In this document: in pieces, positions 55,701 through 64,000 of the stretch | How positions within the stretch are numbered: the first letter of the stretch is position 1 | Layout of the letters: each line of letters starts with the position of its first letter | Sequence record: MW272540.1 | DNA: 64,000 nt | Reading direction: 5' to 3' (one strand) | Translations under genes and position numbers: made by a program | Notes under the pieces: generated by a model | What the model was told of the DNA's origin: nothing | Seen by the model: only the letters and a program-made list of their open reading frames with translations | Database searches by the model: none

Positions 55701-56409
55701 TTGCGTATCTTGGTAGGGTAATGTTTATCCCACCAATGTACTGGGTTTCCCTTACAAGTTGGTCCCCGACAAAAGCCTTATAGTATCCACCAGATGGATA
55801 GCTACGGTTACTTATTATTTTTTTACGAACGTCCCCACGATATTCTATTTGAGGAATCCAATCGTTACCGTTCAAAATAAAATACACTGTTGAGTATGGA
55901 GCTGTTATCTTATAGATAGGCTCACCACCAATAGTTCTACCGTTTCCGGATACGTCAATTGTGTTGTCGTGTAGGTTTGTTCCGTTATCTCTGATAACGA
56001 TCATATCACCCTGCAAAGCAGACGTAGGCATGGTAAAACCGATATCTTGCCCAGATGATTGAACCACTACATGCTCACCAGCCAAAAGGTTGGTTTGAGC
56101 TGGTGCATTCGATGTAACCATTCTCCAACTTGGGTCAGTTCGAACTGGTTTCCATTTTGACTGAGTAAATGCTTCTGGGGTTGTGATATCAACCAAACAG
56201 ATATATATTCTGTTGTTGTATATTGCTGCAAAATCTTTTTCATACTTGCGGTTTGGATCGTACAGTTGGATGGTGTTTTTATCTATGAACGCCTGTACGT
56301 TCATACCGTCCAATGGATCTGTAAAGTCTGGATAACCAACGTTTACAAGTTGTTTACCAGCTGCATCTAAACCGTCTGTAACTCGCAATGGTATTCTATT
56401 ATCAGCCAT
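52720..56409 (-). CDS. 34: long tail fibre proximal subunit
   Basis: GLDAAG..VNVG, repeated G..xAT..E..xG....VTP units; start MADNR after GAGG; late promoter CTAAATA at 56453-56447. Confidence 0.93.
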   Translation of the reverse strand: MADNRIPLRVTDGLDAAGKQLVNVGYPDFTDPLDGMNVQAFIDKNTIQLYDPNRKYEKDFAAIYNNRIYICLVDITTPEAFTQSKWKPVRTDPSWRMVTSNAPAQTNLLAGEHVVVQSSGQDIGFTMPTSALQGDMIVIRDNGTNLHDNTIDVSGNGRTIGGEPIYKITAPYSTVYFILNGNDWIPQIEYRGDVRKKIISNRSYPSGGYYKAFVGDQLVRETQYIGGINITLPRYAKHGDTISTYDLDGNNPVTKTYVSVHSNSTHNIIVSVGSTPVKTAMFDSTDWGMFVFDANQNAWRVFDSDSKSRWKSVKTATYKGEPNDQLVIYTETPSTVTVTFPRDAAQGDSFFVDTRYMVQGSTLVLNVDGTSTNDYFMPDGDTLTNPRISAYRALLSDLNTHLTKTQSFNIQNRGEQWEFVFFKNALGSGKDVWAVVTMSEIPYRVDRNVRDFYGMAAIASQDSVNKNKEDIVTGQNPDCEDFVTSETLANKTATGTRRGIARLSTNSESKATTGNLNDEAWSGVIITPFLLNDRLATTSMRGLLKVATQAQANAQSGTGENWAQIAITPQTLNGRVATETMTGLSALVAFGGTKQTTRTTAGTGVHDFNDHIKVITPKTLFEKVATENSQGMVFLATQGEANTGAANTTNGALVVTASTLEGRQATATLTGLSRAANSTEVLSNTPPTEDNVHVSIKGLVNRQATETRWGLAETATQLEVDAGILHDKWFVTPKTFGNWLSRDRITVSSDSGLTSQGNIWDGQLINIQVPTEIQRGSLRVATQIEANDMSGASLDNVAITPKKLSARQASTTQTGILYIATQSDVDTGTNNTKAVTPLTMTTGIRSGTGYRMTDTRYGVGITAILTNSSAANSVFEGNDILGSTRTLSSYAHGDVLVSPRGLNTALANYLPLKAVAVSASAMEVAGNRIPSTDWVRRTVAQTITGAMTFSQDVTISKGTCKLILNDSGSSTHNTIISFTNSTDSSGWDAGVGGGLNSPFTLKRIGSSVIAAQFYDTATSFSGRVSNGGQDPSGNNELVRFGYSELRYVRSEGSIAETISGNKTFIHDTYFKRNGIQNLWMGNTSKSGITIALNESLTIGSLGGLTIRPNGVASPANTSSFESNGNLKVYGQVKIGSSLPMDPDDAIRKDYLDAVIDDVNTTSGSRVFKGGDTMTGELIINSGKAITTNGDANFNGTTTVNKLRIAVGNGEFLEIRANPVTKSVDFVWIS

Positions 56410-56464
56410 TGTAGTATCCTCGTTTATTAAAATAGTTCTCACAATGTATTTAGGGAGAAAACAA

Positions 56465-57388
56465 ATGTCATTGTCTCATTTAATGGAAGGGTTGCCAGAT
56501 ACCCATTTCATTGACTATAGCCAAATAGTAATATCCAATATTATGTATCATTTTGATGATGAAGATGCGATTTCACCAAAGATCGTTCGAAATATAATCA
56601 TCGATACAATCCGTTCTCATGTAATTAAAAACAAACAAGAATATCCAAATGTTGTTATCGGAGTTGATTCGAGTGAAGGATATTGGAGAAGTAAACTAGC
56701 TTATTATTACAAGAAAAACCGGATTGCCAAAAAAGAAGGGTCCGCTCGTGATTGGAACTCGATTTATTCTGCTATGAACGCAATCCGTCAGGAACTGATT
56801 GACCACCTTCCATATAAAACCATTTATGTACCGGGAGCGGAAGCAGATGATACCTTCGGTGTTCTGATAAAATACTTCAAAGAGCAAGACCCCGGTGTTA
56901 AAATACTAATAACCTCTGCTGATGGAGATTTCACGCAACTACAGAGGTTTTCTGGTGTGAAACAGTGGAATCCCATGCATAAGAAATGGGTTAAACCTGA
57001 ACATGGTAGCCCAGAACGGGATCTACTTTATAAAATCGTGAAAGGTGATGCGAAGGATGGTATTGCTAATATCTATTCTCCATCCGATATTCTTTATAAG
57101 AATAGTCTTCTTGAAAAAGAAGAACGAACCAAACAGAAATCAATTAGAAAAGAGTTGATTGCGTCTGTATTCGCAGCTAAAGACCCAAAAAGTTTATTCA
57201 CTGGTGAAGTTTTAGACCGATATAATGAAAATGAAAAACTTATCGATTTAAAATTAATTCCTGACGATTTAAGTGATAAGATCATACAAGAATATGAGAA
57301 TTTTAAACCTGCTCCACGTGGTCGTCTAACCAACTATTTTATCAAATCTGGTATGGTTGAAATGATCGGAAAAGAATCTGAATTTTAA
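56465..57388 (+). CDS. rnh: RNase H (5'-3' exonuclease, FEN family)
   Basis: IDYSQI, GYWRS..YYKKNR, GAEADD, SADGDFTQL, KGDAKDGIA. Confidence 0.95.
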   Translation: MSLSHLMEGLPDTHFIDYSQIVISNIMYHFDDEDAISPKIVRNIIIDTIRSHVIKNKQEYPNVVIGVDSSEGYWRSKLAYYYKKNRIAKKEGSARDWNSIYSAMNAIRQELIDHLPYKTIYVPGAEADDTFGVLIKYFKEQDPGVKILITSADGDFTQLQRFSGVKQWNPMHKKWVKPEHGSPERDLLYKIVKGDAKDGIANIYSPSDILYKNSLLEKEERTKQKSIRKELIASVFAAKDPKSLFTGEVLDRYNENEKLIDLKLIPDDLSDKIIQEYENFKPAPRGRLTNYFIKSGMVEMIGKESEF

Positions 57389-57393
57389 GGAAA

Positions 57394-57702
57394 ATGAAAA
57401 TGGCTAAGAAAGAAAAACCTGTATTTAATATCCACTCATCCAAAAAAGAGTTGGCACAACTAGTAAAGACCTGCTACGAACATATGAAGAAAATAGAGAT
57501 GGAACGTGAAGGTATCAAATCTGCTAAAGATGCTGCTAAGGCTATGGGTGTGGAAACGTGGAAATTTAATGATGTTCTGAAAATGTATGTGAATCAAAAC
57601 CGTGATGAAGTAGAACAAGAAAAAGAAGAGACTTTAGATCTTTTCGATGAGTTGTTTAGTAATGGATTCAAGGCATCCCCGGATAATGATGAGGATGAGT
57701 GA
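57394..57702 (+). CDS. dsbA: dsDNA-binding protein
   Basis: Position between rnh and 33; IEMEREGIK..AK..FNDVLKMY. Confidence 0.8.
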   Translation: MKMAKKEKPVFNIHSSKKELAQLVKTCYEHMKKIEMEREGIKSAKDAAKAMGVETWKFNDVLKMYVNQNRDEVEQEKEETLDLFDELFSNGFKASPDNDEDE

Positions 57703-57941
57703 TGGCTACAGAAATGGATAAGATTGAATTTAGCAAAAAAGTGGAAGAAGTAACCGAAAAACTAGGATCTAGTTTGGTTGAATCCTGCTTTATTGTCGCC
57801 GATGAAATGGGGGTCGAAGAAGAACATATCCCCGCACATATTCACCCAGTATTAAAAGAAAAGATCCGTATTGAGGCTATTTCTAATAGAACTCTTCGGG
57901 TTGAACAAGATAACAACCTAGATTTCCTATTCGACCAATGA
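57699..57941 (+). CDS. 33: late transcription co-activator
   Basis: SLVESC..IHPVLKEKIRIEAI..LR; acidic-hydrophobic tail LDFLF. Confidence 0.88.
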   Translation: MMATEMDKIEFSKKVEEVTEKLGSSLVESCFIVADEMGVEEEHIPAHIHPVLKEKIRIEAISNRTLRVEQDNNLDFLFDQ

Positions 57942-58603
57942 TTAAACTAATTCTCCCTCCAAAACCAAAAATGATGATTGATGGGAGAAGCTGTTATCGC
58001 CTTTATAGGTCTTTGAAGACCCAATTTTCAAACCCTAAATATAGGGTGATTAAAGGTGGTGAATGGAAACTCCTATCTACTACTGAAGCCACATTCAATA
58101 AAATGTCTCGTAAGTTCGTGTATGAGCGTCTAGCTAAAAAATACGACCTTGGTACTTTATGTGGTATAATGATAACTAACTTCTGCTCTAATCCCGATAT
58201 GTGGGGTGGTGATATTGGAAATGAAGACGCTCATGATCATTACTTAAGAACAATCGGAAAGTATGATAGAATGTCTTTAGTGTTCAAAAAAGAAGTTGAA
58301 GACTTATTGAGGAAATCAAAATCTAAAGGTATGTCCTTTCGTGATATGATATCCCCAAAAGATGGTCAACCTTGGTTATTTAAGTACGTTCAACAAGACG
58401 TAATAAGTTATGAAACTATGCTTCTATTGGATTCAATATTCAATTTCATTGATTCATACGACACATTGAATGATCATGTTTGGTCTAACGGTTATTCTAG
58501 CCGAATCAAAGCCTATCGGTTGATGGTTGAAATAGATAAATCAAAAGTAATGAAAAATTTCAAAAAAATAATCGAAGATTATAAAGAACTAAACAATATT
58601 TAA
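57938..58603 (+). CDS. 59: helicase loader
   Basis: MIKLILPP, FVYERLAKKY, WGGDI, ISYET..LDS. Confidence 0.92.
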   Translation: MIKLILPPKPKMMIDGRSCYRLYRSLKTQFSNPKYRVIKGGEWKLLSTTEATFNKMSRKFVYERLAKKYDLGTLCGIMITNFCSNPDMWGGDIGNEDAHDHYLRTIGKYDRMSLVFKKEVEDLLRKSKSKGMSFRDMISPKDGQPWLFKYVQQDVISYETMLLLDSIFNFIDSYDTLNDHVWSNGYSSRIKAYRLMVEIDKSKVMKNFKKIIEDYKELNNI

Positions 58604-58625
58604 AATATCTCAAAGGAAAAATAAA

Positions 58626-59579
58626 ATGTCTCTATTCGTTCGCCGTAAACAAGACCCGTCCCAACTGCAAGCCCAACTGGAAGCCGTTTCTGGTAGTGGT
58701 GGTTTTCAACAAGACCTCACTGAGTGGAAACTGACAGTTGATAAGAAAACCAAAGAAGGTTCCGCTGTAATTCGCTTCCTGCAACCCTCCGATCTGGAAG
58801 GTAAAGAAGAGTGGCCCACCTTTGTTAAAGTATCTTCTCACTTTGTTGAGCGTGGCGGTAAGTATTACGTTGAAAACTGTACCGGTGGTACTTTTAAGAA
58901 TTATGACGGTTGCCCTGTTTGTCAGTGGCGAGCTGCCCAAGGTTGGGACTGGAATAGTGAAGCTGATAAAGAAGCTGCTCGTAAATCTGGTACTGGTATC
59001 AACCATAACTATTGGGCAAACATCTTCGTTGTAAAAGACCCGGCGAACCCGGAAAACGAAGGTAAAGTATTCAAGTTCAAATTCGGTATTACCGTACTGA
59101 AGATGATTATGGCAGCCCAGAAGGGTGATGAAGAAGTTGGGGAAATGCCGGTCGTTGTTACCGATTTCGATAACGGTGCAAACTTCCTGATCCGTAGTAC
59201 CAAAAAGAGCGAAAAGCATGGTACTCTGGAAACTTCTAAATTCTTGGCACCTAGCCCTCTTCCGGGTCTGGAAACCGAAGAAGTTCAAAAAGCAATCGTT
59301 GAAGGTCTGCAAGATCTGCGTCCTCTGGTTGCCCCGGACCAATTCAAGCCCGTAGATGAGCTTCAGAAGAAATTCGATAAGATCATGGGTGTTCGTGGTA
59401 CTGCGGCTTCTTCTAAGAAAGCTAATGAAGAACTGGACGAGTTTGAAGCAGATATGCAGAAGTTTGAGGAAAAGGGTTCTCCGGAAACCAAAACCAAAGC
59501 TCCTGTTAAAGAAGAAGTCATTGAAACCTCTGTAGGTGGTGGTGATGACGATCTGGATGACCTGCTGGCTGGTCTGTAA
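58626..59579 (+). CDS. 32: single-stranded DNA-binding protein
   Basis: SAVIRFL, ENC..CPVC zinc site, YWANIFVVKDP, GANF; acidic tail DDDLDDLLAGL. Confidence 0.97.
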   Translation: MSLFVRRKQDPSQLQAQLEAVSGSGGFQQDLTEWKLTVDKKTKEGSAVIRFLQPSDLEGKEEWPTFVKVSSHFVERGGKYYVENCTGGTFKNYDGCPVCQWRAAQGWDWNSEADKEAARKSGTGINHNYWANIFVVKDPANPENEGKVFKFKFGITVLKMIMAAQKGDEEVGEMPVVVTDFDNGANFLIRSTKKSEKHGTLETSKFLAPSPLPGLETEEVQKAIVEGLQDLRPLVAPDQFKPVDELQKKFDKIMGVRGTAASSKKANEELDEFEADMQKFEEKGSPETKTKAPVKEEVIETSVGGGDDDLDDLLAGL

Positions 59580-59590
59580 TATAGAATCCA

Positions 59591-59620
59591 AAAGGGAGCC
59601 GAAAGGTTCCCTTTATTTTT
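59591..59620 (+). terminator. Rho-independent terminator
   Basis: AAAGGGAGCC-GAAA-GGTTCCCTTT-ATTTTT. Confidence 0.85.
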
Positions 59621-59621
59621 G

Positions 59622-59650
59622 TTGACTGACTAATAAAACTCATTTATAAT
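59622..59650 (+). promoter_or_regulatory. early sigma70-type promoter
   Basis: TTGACT-17-TATAAT. Confidence 0.85.
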
Positions 59651-59680
59651 ATCGAAACAAAACTACTATGAGGATTTTTT

Positions 59681-60310
59681 GTGAAGAATAAAAAGAAAGT
59701 GATTACTACGGATATCGACGGTTGTGTGGTTCAATGGCAATCTAACCTTGTGTTTTTTGCTGCTGAACATAACTTGCCAACTGATACGATCATCGATATG
59801 ATCTTGGATGAGAAATTTAGACCGATGCACGAGATCTTTGATTGCTCTCCTGCTTTTGGTGACCAACTACTTCAAAAGTATAATGAAAGCAAGTGGATCC
59901 GTGGTCTTAAGCCTTACGATGATGCACTAAAAATTATCAATGAATTAAAGGAAGAATTTGATTTTGTTGGCATTACCGCACTTGGAACTAAGTTTGAAGT
60001 TGCTGCTAATCGTATGTCAAATTTGAATGTTCTTTTTCCGGGGGCGTTTAGGGAAGTTCTGATCTGTAATCATAACGAGAGTAAAGAACAATTGTTCAAT
60101 CAAGCATATGAACACTATGGCGACCGGATTTGTATGTATATTGACGATCTGGATAAACATTGTTCTGTTGCTGAACGAGTATTCAACCAAGAACGGAATT
60201 TGAATATCCCTATTATTCGTATGGACCGTCGGATGGTTGACGTATATCCGAAGGGTCAGAATATGTATGCTATTGACCATTTCAGTGGAATTAAGGAATT
60301 TCTTAAATGA
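59681..60310 (+). CDS. 30.2: HAD-family hydrolase (gp30.2-like)
   Basis: TDIDG, ITALG, YIDDL; GTG start after GAGG; upstream of ligase. Confidence 0.85.
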   Translation: MKNKKKVITTDIDGCVVQWQSNLVFFAAEHNLPTDTIIDMILDEKFRPMHEIFDCSPAFGDQLLQKYNESKWIRGLKPYDDALKIINELKEEFDFVGITALGTKFEVAANRMSNLNVLFPGAFREVLICNHNESKEQLFNQAYEHYGDRICMYIDDLDKHCSVAERVFNQERNLNIPIIRMDRRMVDVYPKGQNMYAIDHFSGIKEFLK

Positions 60311-60690
60311 AAAAATGTTATGTGTTTGTTCATCGTGGTGTAAAAGGTAGTTATACTGGTATTCAGGCTTTACACGCTGCGGTTCGGTTGGTTAGTCAGA
60401 ATCAAGACCATCCAGATATTAAAGCGTGGGCAGATGAGTTTGAAACTGTCGTAATTCTTGACGGTGGGAATTCTAGCAATATGCGCACGATTTATAGCCT
60501 GTTGACATTTGCTGACAACCCGTCAGCAACATTCAGGGAAACCGACATGGATAATCTGGTTACTGCAATTGCATATGTTCCGTCAGAAGTTGAATATATG
60601 GATATTGAAAATATCAAACTAAATGGAATTGGTAATCTATCTAGTTCAATTGTTGATGTCATTGCAAATTCAAAAACACATAGAGGTTGA
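60307..60690 (+). CDS. PTH2-like (peptidyl-tRNA hydrolase fold) protein
   Basis: GIQALHAA, W...ETVVIL, FRETD..VTAIA pattern of phage PTH2-like proteins. Confidence 0.6.
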   Translation: MKKCYVFVHRGVKGSYTGIQALHAAVRLVSQNQDHPDIKAWADEFETVVILDGGNSSNMRTIYSLLTFADNPSATFRETDMDNLVTAIAYVPSEVEYMDIENIKLNGIGNLSSSIVDVIANSKTHRG

Positions 60691-60692
60691 TA

Positions 60693-62258
60693 ATGGGTAT
60701 TCTAGATATTCTAAACGAAATTAATAATGTTCGTGGTAGTGCAAAACTGGATGTTTTGAAATCCCATTCTGATAATGAGATTCTTTCTCGTGTGTGCCAA
60801 ATGACGTATAGTAAACAAATCACATTTGGTATTAGCAAAAAGACATTTCCAGTCGTATCGTCTCATACTGGGGAATGTAGCCTTGAAAAGGCATTAACTT
60901 TCATGATGGAAAAATTTGCAACTCGGGTCTTTACTGGTGGGGATGCGATCAACCGACTTTCTGAAATTCTAAGCGAATTGTCTGAATCGGATTCGGAAGT
61001 GGTTAAAAGGATCATGTTTGGGGATCTGGATGTTGGTATTAACGTATCCACTATTAATAAAGTTTGGGCTGGTCTTATCAAAGAACAACCCCAGATGTTG
61101 AGTAGTCCAGAGAACCCGAAACTCATTGAAAAAATCCTGAAGGGTGGAAACGCATTTGCTGAACTCAAAGCTGATGGAGCACGTGGATTTGGAGATGTTA
61201 CCGGGTTGTCTGATGAAGATGGGATCCATTTTTTCACCCGTAGTTCTAATGAGTATTTGTGTCTAGAACGCATTAAGAAAGCGATTGACCAAATGCAATG
61301 CGTTGGTTGGGTAATCGATGGGGAATTCGTTGTACGTGCCGAGGAAGCGCCAGAAATCGATGTTATGGCATCGCTCATGGGTGACATTGAAGAAGTAGAA
61401 CTCTCAAAGAGTGATAAATATAAAACCGTTTTTGACCGGGAAGCTGGTAACGGTATTATGAACAAATCTTTAAAGAACACGATTACCCCAGAAGAAGCTA
61501 ATCGGGTCGTATATCAAGTTTGGGATATCACCCCACGCGATGTATATTACGGACTTGCTCCCTGCCTAAGTCACATGACTCAAGAATATCGTCGAAACAT
61601 TCTTATTGACTTTTTGAGCCAGATCGATGATGATTGTATTCAGATAATCGATTCCACCCCAGTAAAAACACTGGAAGATGTGAGACGGGTATATCAAGGT
61701 TACGTGAAGGACGGATTCGAAGGGATCATCCTGAAAGATGGTAATTCTCTTTGGGAAGATAAGAGAAGTAAATCTTTTGTTAAATTCAAAGAAAAATACC
61801 CGTTTGATCTTGAGATTGTGGAAGTATACGAACACGATAAAGACCCTAACAAAGTTGGTGGGTTTGTAATGGTATCTGCTTGCGGGACTATCAAAACTCG
61901 TGGTGGTAGTGGTTTGACTGATACAACCACCATTAAGGTGTACGAAGGTAACTCAGGATGGAATCGCAACCAACATCTTTATGAACACCACAAAGATAAA
62001 GCAGGTAATTTCATCGAACTTCCTATCCCAATCGAAGACCGTGATGTTTTGGATCGAGAAAAGTTGATGAAAATGCACAAAGATGGTATGCTTGTTGGTA
62101 TGATTGTCGAATGCGAAGTAAACGCACCAACGACATCAAAAACAAGAAAAGCGGGGGAACCAGAGTTTAGTTTCTTCTTGCCTATCATCAAGAAATTGCG
62201 TTATGATAAAGACAAAGCAAATCGTTATGAAGACGTTTTTGTAATCGATGGGGAGTAA
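60693..62258 (+). CDS. 30: ATP-dependent DNA ligase
   Basis: PQML, ELKADGAR, IDGEF, WD, FEGIILK, VKFKE, FLP..R.DK. Confidence 0.96.
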   Translation: MGILDILNEINNVRGSAKLDVLKSHSDNEILSRVCQMTYSKQITFGISKKTFPVVSSHTGECSLEKALTFMMEKFATRVFTGGDAINRLSEILSELSESDSEVVKRIMFGDLDVGINVSTINKVWAGLIKEQPQMLSSPENPKLIEKILKGGNAFAELKADGARGFGDVTGLSDEDGIHFFTRSSNEYLCLERIKKAIDQMQCVGWVIDGEFVVRAEEAPEIDVMASLMGDIEEVELSKSDKYKTVFDREAGNGIMNKSLKNTITPEEANRVVYQVWDITPRDVYYGLAPCLSHMTQEYRRNILIDFLSQIDDDCIQIIDSTPVKTLEDVRRVYQGYVKDGFEGIILKDGNSLWEDKRSKSFVKFKEKYPFDLEIVEVYEHDKDPNKVGGFVMVSACGTIKTRGGSGLTDTTTIKVYEGNSGWNRNQHLYEHHKDKAGNFIELPIPIEDRDVLDREKLMKMHKDGMLVGMIVECEVNAPTTSKTRKAGEPEFSFFLPIIKKLRYDKDKANRYEDVFVIDGE

Positions 62259-62285
62259 TCCCCAATCAAATATGAGGAATATATT

Positions 62286-62477
62286 ATGGTAGTTGCATAC
62301 ATTACATACAAAGGTGTTGTAAAAGAAACCTCAGTGAATAACAGGGGTTTTGTAGATTTCGGTGTGGTGGGGGTTGACCCGTCACACCTGATCCATACAC
62401 CTACCAAATTCAACCCCAATACCTTCACAGATAAAGATGGAAACATTCTTTTTATTAATGTGAGGTCCAAAAAATAA
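62286..62477 (+). CDS. hypothetical protein
   Basis: 63-aa ORF with GAGG SD. Confidence 0.6.
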   Translation: MVVAYITYKGVVKETSVNNRGFVDFGVVGVDPSHLIHTPTKFNPNTFTDKDGNILFINVRSKK

Positions 62478-62487
62478 CGAGAGAACA

Positions 62488-63789
62488 ATGACAGAAGAAG
62501 TAACTTTAACACCAAGTCAACAACGTGTTATTGATTTTGTTATGAATGGAACCGGACACGTTACTGTGTCCGGACCTCCGGGTAGTGGTAAAACCTTCCT
62601 TGCAAAATATCTGATTGACGCGATTGGTGATTCCCTTGGTGTAACATTGGCAGCCCCAACACACCAAGCAAAGATCGTTCTATCTGAGATGTCTGGTATG
62701 GAAGCATGTACCATTCATAGCCTAATGAAAGTGCATCCAGAGACTCTAGAAGATATTCAAATATTCGACCAAAGTAAAATTCCAGACCTTAGTAAACTCA
62801 GATGGTTGTTTGTTGATGAGTGGTCAATGTATGACAAAAAACTCTTCCAAATAATCATGAAGTCAATCCCAGCGTTTACTCGTATTATTGCCTTTGGAGA
62901 TAAAGACCAAATCCAGCCAGTTTCACACGAACCGGGGGTTTTGAGTCCTTTCTATACAGACCCTAGATTTACCCAAATAGAAATGACTGATATTATGAGG
63001 CAGTCTTTGGATAATCCAATTATTCAAGTGGCAACCGATATCAGAGAAGGTGGTTGGATTCATCATAACTGGAATAAAGAAAATAAAACCGGGGTTTTTA
63101 AGGTCAAGAGTATATCAGAACTGGTAAATTCCTATCTTCGTGTTGTCAAAACACCTGAAGACCTTATTAATTATCGCTTCCTTGCTTATACAAATAAAGT
63201 AGTTGACAAGGTGAATGGTATTATCCGAAAACATGTATACAAAACAGATAAGCCCATTATCGAAGGTGAAAAATTAGTCCTTCAAGAACCAGTAATGGTT
63301 GAGCACGATGATGGTATTATTGAAACTATATACACCAACGGAGAAACTATCACAGTTAAAAGTATTGAAGTACGAAATGATACCGTTCATATCGATGGTA
63401 GTCCGGATTTCAATATCGAATGTGCTAGTATTTTAGCTCGTTCCGATTACTCTGGGATTGAACATAAGTTTTCTGTTTTTTATGGAAATGAGGCTAAAGA
63501 GGAATTCGACTTTAGAATTTCTGAGGCCGCTGGTGTGATTAAACAAATGCCTCGTGGTGTCTCACAAAGAAATGCGTGGGATTCGTTTTGGTGCGCTAAA
63601 AAGCGTTATATTGACGTTAAGTCTCTTGGGGCTTGTACGATACATAAAAGCCAAGGATCCACCGTTAAAGGCGTTTGGTTGGCCCTGCATGATATTAGCT
63701 ATGCAGACGATAGTCTCCAACAACAACTGTGTTATGTTGCAGTAACCAGACCTACCCAGTTTTGTCTATATTTCGATGGGTCTAAATGA
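62488..63789 (+). CDS. dda: Dda SF1B DNA helicase
   Basis: GPPGSGKT, AAPTHQA, VDEWSM, GDKDQI, TIHKSQGST, YVAVTR. Confidence 0.96.
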   Translation: MTEEVTLTPSQQRVIDFVMNGTGHVTVSGPPGSGKTFLAKYLIDAIGDSLGVTLAAPTHQAKIVLSEMSGMEACTIHSLMKVHPETLEDIQIFDQSKIPDLSKLRWLFVDEWSMYDKKLFQIIMKSIPAFTRIIAFGDKDQIQPVSHEPGVLSPFYTDPRFTQIEMTDIMRQSLDNPIIQVATDIREGGWIHHNWNKENKTGVFKVKSISELVNSYLRVVKTPEDLINYRFLAYTNKVVDKVNGIIRKHVYKTDKPIIEGEKLVLQEPVMVEHDDGIIETIYTNGETITVKSIEVRNDTVHIDGSPDFNIECASILARSDYSGIEHKFSVFYGNEAKEEFDFRISEAAGVIKQMPRGVSQRNAWDSFWCAKKRYIDVKSLGACTIHKSQGSTVKGVWLALHDISYADDSLQQQLCYVAVTRPTQFCLYFDGSK

Positions 63790-63804
63790 AGGGGGTTATT
63801 CCCC

Positions 63805-63811
63805 CTAAATA
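63805..63811 (+). promoter_or_regulatory. late promoter
   Basis: CTAAATA upstream of uvsY.-2. Confidence 0.65.
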
Positions 63812-63838
63812 CCTATATAATCCAAAAGAGGAAATATA

Positions 63839-64000
63839 ATGGAAAATTGTATTATTTGTAAACAACCGGTAAGTGATTACGACGCTGTGAAAACTCCACA
63901 TGGTACAGTTCACTCTGGTCCTTGTCTTAGTTATTACAATGACGCATCAAAGACAACTAATCTGAATGAATCAGACCTTGGAAAAGAGCTGGAAAAGGTG
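63839..64000 (+). CDS. uvsY.-2: UvsY.-2-like protein, partial
   Basis: MENCIICKQPV..TPHGTVHSGPC matches the T4 pattern CVVCK..GPVHPGPC; GAGG SD. Confidence 0.8.
   Translation, partial: MENCIICKQPVSDYDAVKTPHGTVHSGPCLSYYNDASKTTNLNESDLGKELEKV

Noticed and set aside
58632-59591. 319-aa antisense ORF over gene 32
   Set aside because: Exact shadow of gp32, explained by its codon bias; no SD or recognisable motifs.
60863-61480. 205-aa minus-strand ORF
   Set aside because: Antisense shadow of DNA ligase.
1-64000. MotA-box middle promoters
   Set aside because: No convincing TTTGCTT box at the right spacing from a -10 was found by eye; promoters seen are sigma70-like or CTAAATA.

Overview
A 64 kb segment of a T4-like (Straboviridae-type) lytic phage genome, AT-rich and almost fully coding. 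From left to right: a GIY-YIG homing endonuclease (running off the left edge), pseT, about 11 kb of early accessory genes (YbiI/TraR-type DksA homolog, vs.1 transglycosylase, SprT, a probable GNAT, small Zn fingers, an HTH-DEDD exonuclease), rIIB/rIIA, fused topoisomerase 39+60, dexA and dUTPase. The replication core follows: 61, 61.1, 41, 40, uvsX, split 43A/43B, regA, 62, 44, 45, 45.2, 46, 47, 55. Next are a consolidated nrdA-B-D-G-grcA-nrdC-nrdH cluster, a second GIY-YIG endonuclease, tail fibre genes 34 and a very long 35, and then on the + strand rnh-dsbA-33-59-32, 30.2, a PTH2-like gene, ligase 30, dda and the start of uvsY.-2. Gene identities come from recognising motifs by eye; no database searches were run. 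The most unusual observations are: (1) rIIB carries an N-terminal acyl-carrier-protein domain whose phosphopantetheine Ser is replaced by Glu; (2) a free-standing, splicing-dead Hint/intein-fold gene sits in a late unit with gene 40; (3) a bipartite non-coding element (65-nt AT-rich core with phased CTATAA motifs plus a GC-rich hairpin module) occurs twice, 43.5 kb apart, with the module order flipped, making it a candidate origin; (4) the late promoter appears as CTAAATA rather than TATAAATA; (5) DNA polymerase is split and nrdD is frameshifted in an A7 run. No tRNA, rRNA, CRISPR array or intron was recognised.
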